From the IMG/VR virus record IMGVR_UViG_2866807700_000004, positions 5,121 to 69,120 of that record: a stretch of 64,000 bases of DNA; one strand, 5' to 3'. Below the pieces are notes generated by a model. That model was not told the origin of the DNA and did not search any database. It saw nothing but the letters and a program-made list of their open reading frames with translations. Shown here in pieces: positions 58,159 to 64,000 of this stretch (positions within the stretch are counted from its first letter, which is position 1; each line of letters starts with the position of its first letter). This DNA is from a virus. Position numbers and translations under genes: made by a program.

Positions 58159-59106
58159 ATGCCGCTTCCCGTTGGGGTAGGCGGGCCAGGGCCCGGTCCC
58201 GGCCCGGTCTCGACCAGGCCGAGGCCGCTGCGGCTGCTGTACATCGACCCCGACGGCGTCGAGTGGGACTTCTCCGACCTGGCCGGGCCGGTGCAGGTCA
58301 CCAACGTCGCCGGATACGGATCCCCGCCGGTGTCGCTGACCACCCTGGCCATGCCGTCCGGGGCGTCGCTGCCGCAGAACTACGTCGGCACCGGCCGCAC
58401 CATCCTCGTCGGCCTGGTCGCCGGCGCGACCACCCAGGCCGAGTTCCTGACTCTCACCGACCGGCTCGCGCAGGCGTTCTGGACGGAGCGGCTCGGGGTG
58501 CCCGCGCCGGGCACGCTGGTGATCCAGCGGCCGGACGGCACAGGCCGCCGCATCAAGGTCCTCGTCTCCGATGGCCCTGACCTGAACGACGACGACCGCG
58601 ACAAGAGCGGCCTCACCTGGACCAGCTTCGTCGTCACCTTCCGGAGCCTGGACCCGTGCTGGTCGGACGCCACCCCGATCACCCTCGTCTTCCAGGGCGC
58701 CGACGAGGCGGCAGGCGTGCCGCCCATGCCGCCGGTCGTGCTGTCCCCCTACTCGGTACTCGGGACCGTGACGGTGAACAACACCGGCAACGCCCCCGCC
58801 TACCCCGTGTGGCGGATCACCGGCCCCGGCACCCCGACGCTGGAGAACGTCACCCTGGGCCGCGAGTTCGGACTCGCGACGGCGCTGGAGGAGGGCGAGA
58901 CCGTCACGATCGACACCGCCCCAGACGGCGGCGCCTACGCCATCGACCAGACCGGCGCAGACCGCTGGACCGATCTCGTCAAAAGCAGCCCCCGGGACCT
59001 GTGGGAGCTGGTGAAAGGCCCCAATCAGCTCAACCTGGTGCTGTCCGGGTCGTCCTCGGCGTCGCAGATCGAACTGTCCTACGTCCGCCGCTGGCTCCGC
59101 GCGTGA
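58159..59106 (+). CDS. distal tail protein (Dit)
   Basis: First gene after the TMP; 'V.NTGNAPAYPVW.ITGPG...LW.L..GPN'. Confidence 0.8.
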   Translation: MPLPVGVGGPGPGPGPVSTRPRPLRLLYIDPDGVEWDFSDLAGPVQVTNVAGYGSPPVSLTTLAMPSGASLPQNYVGTGRTILVGLVAGATTQAEFLTLTDRLAQAFWTERLGVPAPGTLVIQRPDGTGRRIKVLVSDGPDLNDDDRDKSGLTWTSFVVTFRSLDPCWSDATPITLVFQGADEAAGVPPMPPVVLSPYSVLGTVTVNNTGNAPAYPVWRITGPGTPTLENVTLGREFGLATALEEGETVTIDTAPDGGAYAIDQTGADRWTDLVKSSPRDLWELVKGPNQLNLVLSGSSSASQIELSYVRRWLRA

Positions 59107-59118
59107 GAGGGGGCGGCT

Positions 59119-60369
59119 GTGGCGGTCACCGTTGAGCCACTCACCACCGGCTGGGCGAAACTGAAGCCGCTGCCGTGGGTGAAGCTCGACATCAACGCGG
59201 TCCGCTACAACCAGGTCGGGGCGTTCTCGCTGACCCTGCCGGCGACCGATGTGACCTGGGACCTGGTCGACTTCGACGTCGACGGGGTGCTGAAGCCCAA
59301 GACCGGGTTCTTCGTCGACTGGAACGGCATCTTCGAGATCCCGCTGAAGGCCGAACAGGCGAACCCGTCCAAGGTGATCAACGACGCCGGTGAGGTCGTC
59401 GAGACGATCGTGTTCTCCGGCGCCGACTTCCTCTCTCTCCTCGCCGACCGGCTCGTCTTCCGTAACGCCGCCCTGGCGTGGACGGCGCAGACCCCCGGGA
59501 CCACCACCGTCACCGGCAAGGCCGAAACCGTCATCAAGCAGCTGGTCACCGCGAACGTCGTCACCGCCGGCGACACCGCCCGCCGCGTCCCCGGCTTCAG
59601 CGTCGCCGCCGACCTGGCCCGCGGCGGCGACGTCACCTACACCATCTCGATCGGGGACCCGGCCGCCGAGCCCGGCACCGACAAGACGACCACCGCCGGT
59701 GAATCGCTGATGGACATGATCCGGTCGGTCGCACGGCAGTCCGACATCGGCGTCTCCCTCACCCTCGTGGACGGCGGCCTGGAGTTCGACTGCTTCCTGC
59801 CGCGCGACCTGACGGAGAAGGTCGTGTTCTCCGAGCGGCTCGGGTCGCTGCGGTCGTGGGCCATCACCGACGCCACCCCGACCGCCAACGCGATCCTCAT
59901 GCAGTCCGCCGCCACCACCGGCGCGTTCACCGAGACCCACGGCGCCGCCGCCACCGACCCGTGGCGCCGCGTTGAGCACTTCTCCGACCAGTCCTCCACC
60001 ACCGAGGCCGCGCAGATCACCCAGGTGCAGCTGGACGAGGTCGCCCGCGGCGCCGCGCAGACACGGGTCGCGCTCGCCGCCCTCGACATCCCCAAGGCCC
60101 GGTTCGGCCGCGACGCCACCGGCGTCCAGGGCTACGGCATCGGCGACCAGGTCGCCGCCGACATCCGCGACGGCATCACCTACACCGACAAGGTCACCGC
60201 CGTGCAGCTCACCGCCGACGCGACCCTCGCCCCCTACACCGAGACCGTCGTCCCGACCATCGGCGACAACGACGCCGGCGGCGACGCCCCCGCCGACGAC
60301 GCCACCGCGGTCGCGCAGCTGTCCGCCCGCGTCCGGCAGCTCGAACAGGCCCTCCGCTCCCGCTCCTGA
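59119..60369 (+). CDS. minor tail/baseplate hub protein (Gp37-like)
   Basis: Position after Dit; 'RYNQVGAFSLTLP', 'FG...YG.GD.V', C-terminal coiled coil. Confidence 0.75.
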   Translation: MAVTVEPLTTGWAKLKPLPWVKLDINAVRYNQVGAFSLTLPATDVTWDLVDFDVDGVLKPKTGFFVDWNGIFEIPLKAEQANPSKVINDAGEVVETIVFSGADFLSLLADRLVFRNAALAWTAQTPGTTTVTGKAETVIKQLVTANVVTAGDTARRVPGFSVAADLARGGDVTYTISIGDPAAEPGTDKTTTAGESLMDMIRSVARQSDIGVSLTLVDGGLEFDCFLPRDLTEKVVFSERLGSLRSWAITDATPTANAILMQSAATTGAFTETHGAAATDPWRRVEHFSDQSSTTEAAQITQVQLDEVARGAAQTRVALAALDIPKARFGRDATGVQGYGIGDQVAADIRDGITYTDKVTAVQLTADATLAPYTETVVPTIGDNDAGGDAPADDATAVAQLSARVRQLEQALRSRS

Positions 60370-60423
60370 CACCAACGGTCCGCTTCCGGGCGCCGCGCCC
60401 GCCTACCCTGCCGGGAGGTCGTC

Positions 60424-61368
60424 TTGGCGATCGATGACGCCTACCCCACCTCAGCGTCCGTGCTGTCGACGATGGCGCAGTGGGAGGGGTTCTTCACCGG
60501 GTTCTCCGCAGACGGCGTCCTCCCCGGCGTCCTCAACGAGATGGTCCCCTCCCTCAACGCCGGTGCCCGCACCGCCGTGCTGGGGACGGGCGCCGCGCAA
60601 ATCCGCGGGTTCCACGTCGACAACCCGTCGACGACGGCCACCCCGATCCCGGCGGCCGACGCGCAGAACCGCATCGACCGGCTCGCGCTGCGCCTCGATC
60701 GGACTGCGGTGACGGCCGCGGACTGGATCACCCCCGTCGTGATCGAGGGGACCCCGTCCGCGAACCCGCAGATACCGGCCCTGACCCAGTCCACCAGCGG
60801 GAACTACGACATCCCGATCGCGCGGTGGACGGCGGCGTCGGACGGGTCGCTGTCGGGGCTGGTCGACGAGCGGCAGTTCGCTGCGGCGTCCCCGATCGAG
60901 TTCCGGTCCGATGCCCGCCCGCCCGCCACCATCCGGCGGCACGGTTTCGAGCGTGACACGGGCAGGGTGCTGTGGGCGGACGGCGCGGCCTGGCAGGTCG
61001 TCCGCGAGGACACCGGCTGGGCCCAGCTCAGCTTGAACGGCAAGGACAAAGGCGCATGGAACGACGCGGCCCCCTACAACCCGCTGGTCTACCGCCGCAT
61101 TGACGGCGTCGTCCACCTGCGGTTGTCCATCCAGCGGGTCTCGGTCCAGCTCGGCCTGTCCGACGCGGACGGCTCCACCGCGTATGTGCTGCCGATCGGG
61201 TTCAGACCGTCGTCCAGTAGCCCGCCGGTCCTCGGCCACGGCAACCACGCTCGTAACGCGCTGCAGCTCTACATCTACAGCAACGGTGAGGTGCGCATCT
61301 ATCCGCTGAACCAGGACCTGCCGAAGGACCGCCGCATTTACGCGCAGGCCACATTCCCGGTCGGCTGA
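60424..61368 (+). CDS. minor tail protein
   Basis: 'G.AQIRGF...N..PI..AD..NRIDRL.LRLD', 'YDIPIA', C-terminal 'YRR..GVVHLR...LP.GFRP'. Confidence 0.75.
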   Translation: MAIDDAYPTSASVLSTMAQWEGFFTGFSADGVLPGVLNEMVPSLNAGARTAVLGTGAAQIRGFHVDNPSTTATPIPAADAQNRIDRLALRLDRTAVTAADWITPVVIEGTPSANPQIPALTQSTSGNYDIPIARWTAASDGSLSGLVDERQFAAASPIEFRSDARPPATIRRHGFERDTGRVLWADGAAWQVVREDTGWAQLSLNGKDKGAWNDAAPYNPLVYRRIDGVVHLRLSIQRVSVQLGLSDADGSTAYVLPIGFRPSSSSPPVLGHGNHARNALQLYIYSNGEVRIYPLNQDLPKDRRIYAQATFPVG

Positions 61369-61376
61369 GGAGTCTC

Positions 61377-61919
61377 ATGGCACGGCACACCTTCGGTCAG
61401 AGCCTGACCGACTGGACGATGGGCCTGGGCGCCTCCGCAACCAGCGAAGGAGTCACCACCGCACCGGTCATCGCGACCGGCCCGGCCACGATCACGCTCT
61501 GGTCCGCCCAGACGGGAGGCATCCAGTACACCGACCTGCTGAACGGGGACGGGGCCGCGGTCACGGCCATCACCTCATCCGACGGGTCCGACGGGCTACC
61601 CATCGGGACCATCCCCGAGTTCTCCGGCCCTGACAACATCACGGAGATGTGGGCGTCCGCAGACGGCGGAGTCCGCTTCAAGATGGTCGCGACCGACCTG
61701 GGCGGCGCGTTGGCGGTCGTCGAGGAGCACACGGCCGCGATCGAGGACCTGCAGACGCATCGGCTTCCGGCGATCCTGTGGGACGCAGGGGCGTCCGCCT
61801 ACCCCGAACGCACCCCGGAACTCGCGGGGAAGCGGGTGGAGTGGGTAGGGCCGTCCGCGCCGCCGGTCAGCTCCAGCCACGCGGCCGAGGGCGACATCTG
61901 GATGAAAACGATCGTCTGA
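61377..61919 (+). CDS. minor tail protein
   Basis: 'MARHTFG..TLWSAQTGG.QYTDL...IP.FSGPD'; GAGGAG RBS. Confidence 0.7.
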   Translation: MARHTFGQSLTDWTMGLGASATSEGVTTAPVIATGPATITLWSAQTGGIQYTDLLNGDGAAVTAITSSDGSDGLPIGTIPEFSGPDNITEMWASADGGVRFKMVATDLGGALAVVEEHTAAIEDLQTHRLPAILWDAGASAYPERTPELAGKRVEWVGPSAPPVSSSHAAEGDIWMKTIV

Positions 61920-62851
61920 TGCCGGCCTCCTTCCACCAGCTGCGATCCGGGGTGTGGACGCCCCTCGGCGACGTCGGCCCCTCACCAACGACCATGCTGG
62001 TCGGTGCCGCAAACACGATCCCGAACAGCAACGAGTCGGGTTGGCTCACCTACGCCGCCACCGTGCCCGGGCCGCAGACCGTCCGACGCACCTACTCCTC
62101 GGAGGCGGCGGGCGTGCCGTCGTCCTGGGCCGTGACCGGGGCCGGCAGCGACGTCGGCAAACGCGCGAGCGTGTGGAGCTTCAAGCCGAACATCACGCAG
62201 ATGGCGTCCGGGGCATTGGACGCCCAGGTCACGAACCTCATCAGCTCGATTCCCGACACGCACGTCGCGATGCTCGCGCTGTGGGCCGAAGCTGACCGGC
62301 ACGTCAGACTCGGCGCTTTCACCGCGGCGCAGTGGCGGGCCGCCCACACACGTTTCGCCAGCATCGTCCGCGCGGTCGGCAAGCCGCGCGTCTGGATCTA
62401 CCTGTCGCACACCTCGTACCTGTGGGATCCGATCAACACGCGGGGCCCGGCACCGGAAGACGTGTGGCCAGGTGACGGGCAGGTCGACATCTACGGCCAG
62501 GACGGCTACGGCTACGCCACCTGGCCGGACCCGGAGACCTTGTTCGGCGGTGGGCTGGCCGAGGCGCGGTCACGGAACGTGCCGTGGGGGATTTTTGAGT
62601 CCGGCGCTGACGAGCACCCCAGCGACGCGACCCGCAAGTCGAACTGGATGACGTCCGTCGCCGACTGGGCCGCCACGCAAGGCTCCGGCGGCAGGCCCGG
62701 CTGCGAAGCGCTGGTCTGGTTCAACAGCGCCGTCGGACTCGACGAGGACGCCTTCGGGCCCGCGACTCCGTCCAGCTCACCGCAGGCCCTGGCCGCTGCC
62801 GGCGCGATCGCCACGACCTACTACCGCGACTGGGCCACCTACACCCTCTGA
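61919..62851 (+). CDS. GH26-like glycoside hydrolase in the tail module
   Basis: Clan GH-A-like 'LWAEAD' acid/base, 'WPGDG.VDIYGQDGY', nucleophile 'PWGIFESG', 'LVWFNS'. Confidence 0.7.
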   Translation: MPASFHQLRSGVWTPLGDVGPSPTTMLVGAANTIPNSNESGWLTYAATVPGPQTVRRTYSSEAAGVPSSWAVTGAGSDVGKRASVWSFKPNITQMASGALDAQVTNLISSIPDTHVAMLALWAEADRHVRLGAFTAAQWRAAHTRFASIVRAVGKPRVWIYLSHTSYLWDPINTRGPAPEDVWPGDGQVDIYGQDGYGYATWPDPETLFGGGLAEARSRNVPWGIFESGADEHPSDATRKSNWMTSVADWAATQGSGGRPGCEALVWFNSAVGLDEDAFGPATPSSSPQALAAAGAIATTYYRDWATYTL

Positions 62852-62906
62852 CGCCACACCGCCTGCCCGCCGTGCGCGGGGACTTCAGCATGCCGAGGAG
62901 AGCCTC

Positions 62907-63965
62907 ATGCCCATCGCCGCGCCGCTGACCGCAACCGGCAACGGCACCAGCAACGCGCATGTCATCATCCCCGCCGGCGCGGAAGCCGGGCAGGGCATGC
63001 TGCTGGTGATCGCGACGCAGCCGGACGGCACCATCACCACGCCGACCGGATGGACAGTGGTCAGCCCGCCGCAACAGGCCGGGTCCGGCGTCATCACCGC
63101 CCTGTTCAAGGCCATCGTGCAGGAGTCCGGAGTCAACAGCCCCGGCAGCACCGTGACGGTCGACGTCGGCGGCACCATCCCGCCCCGGACTGTGTCCCTC
63201 GTGGCGGTCTACCCCGGCGTCGACCAGGTCGACCCCGTCCACCTCTTCGACGACCTCGTGATAGCGACGACCGGCACGGTGCGGGCAACCCCGGAGATCA
63301 CCACGACACTGGCGGATTGCTGGATCGTGGAGATCGTCACCAGCAAGCAGCTCGCCGGTACGAACTACACCCCGCCCGCGGGATTCACCCGCCGCGCCCA
63401 GGTGTTCCGGGCCGACTCCAGCCCCGCCATCGGCCTCGGCGACACCAACGCCGCCGAGGCCGCCGGGACCCACGGGGGCGACACGTGGGAATGCGACGTG
63501 TCCGGCGGGTCCGCGATCACCTACACGGTCGCTCTCGCTCCGCGCCTCGACACGCAGACCGCAAGGCCCGTCACCGACGTGACGGACTGGACCACCGCTG
63601 TCCCCGACGCCGGCGGCGGGCAGCAGGCCGCGCGCATCGGCGAGTCGATCCGCGACGACGCCACATACCTGGAGACCGCAGCGAACCCCACGGCCGAGGT
63701 CGGGGAGTGGGCGTTCCAAGCGATGGTCGACCCAGGGGTCCATACCGGCCACACGCTCCGGTACGTCCTGTGGACCGCTGGGGGCGCCACCTCATCCAGC
63801 GCCGTGGTGTCCCTGATGCAGGGCGCCACCACCATCGCGACCTGGACCGAGAACGACGTGCCCGACACACCGACCGTCTTCAGCCACACCCTCGCTGAGG
63901 TGGACGCGGCCGACATCACCGACTACGCGGACCTGCGGATCCGCGTGTCGGCGACGGTGTCTTGA
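62907..63965 (+). CDS. tail fibre/receptor-binding-like protein
   Basis: T/A/V/G-rich beta-type sequence in the distal tail module; GAGGAG RBS. Confidence 0.65.
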   Translation: MPIAAPLTATGNGTSNAHVIIPAGAEAGQGMLLVIATQPDGTITTPTGWTVVSPPQQAGSGVITALFKAIVQESGVNSPGSTVTVDVGGTIPPRTVSLVAVYPGVDQVDPVHLFDDLVIATTGTVRATPEITTTLADCWIVEIVTSKQLAGTNYTPPAGFTRRAQVFRADSSPAIGLGDTNAAEAAGTHGGDTWECDVSGGSAITYTVALAPRLDTQTARPVTDVTDWTTAVPDAGGGQQAARIGESIRDDATYLETAANPTAEVGEWAFQAMVDPGVHTGHTLRYVLWTAGGATSSSAVVSLMQGATTIATWTENDVPDTPTVFSHTLAEVDAADITDYADLRIRVSATVS

Positions 63966-64000
63966 TGGCGACCCTGCGCCTCGGCTACGCCGAATTCGCG
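63965..64000 (+). CDS. start of next tail-module gene (truncated by window edge)
   Basis: TGATG overlap; MATLRLGYAEFA. Confidence 0.5.
   Translation, partial: MATLRLGYAEFA

Noticed and set aside
53383-60375. Very long minus-strand ORFs (810 aa, 1409 aa) and similar ones opposite other genes
   Set aside because: Shadow frames of GC3-biased + strand genes; no recognisable motifs.

Overview
High-GC (roughly 70%) actinobacterial siphovirus-type prophage, cut off at both window edges; no integrase, repressor or lysis genes are visible. Layout: (1) 1-25 kb, a + strand early/replication region with YqaJ/RecT recombination genes, an LPxTG mini-protein coupled to a hyaluronan-synthase-like GT2, Lsr2- and LexA-type DNA-binding domains, a J-domain protein, a compact PglX (BREX-2/Pgl)-like adenine methyltransferase, a replication initiator with DnaA boxes and 33-bp repeats, a TerS-like gene, an RlaP-like nucleotidyltransferase/3'-phosphatase and an RNA ligase; (2) 25-40 kb, a mixed-strand accessory block with a low-GC flavin oxidase, a variant tRNA-fMet, a HEPN-motif protein, a tandem ClpX-zinc-finger protein, an ATP-dependent DNA ligase, a DUF932 cassette and a triplicated promoter/leader driving paralogous genes; (3) 40-64 kb, a head-to-tail morphogenesis operon from terminase to minor tail genes, including a tape measure protein with NlpC/P60 and lytic transglycosylase domains and a GH26-like tail enzyme. 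Best candidates for a new system: a phage tRNA-repair/rescue set (RlaP-like NTase fused to a PNK-type phosphatase, an RNA ligase, and an initiator tRNA with an altered anticodon arm), a TRD-less PglX mimic, and the sortase-signal peptide plus glycan synthase pair. At least eight small indels break otherwise coherent genes, so frame-dependent claims need read-level checking. All family assignments come from motif recognition by eye; no database searches were run.
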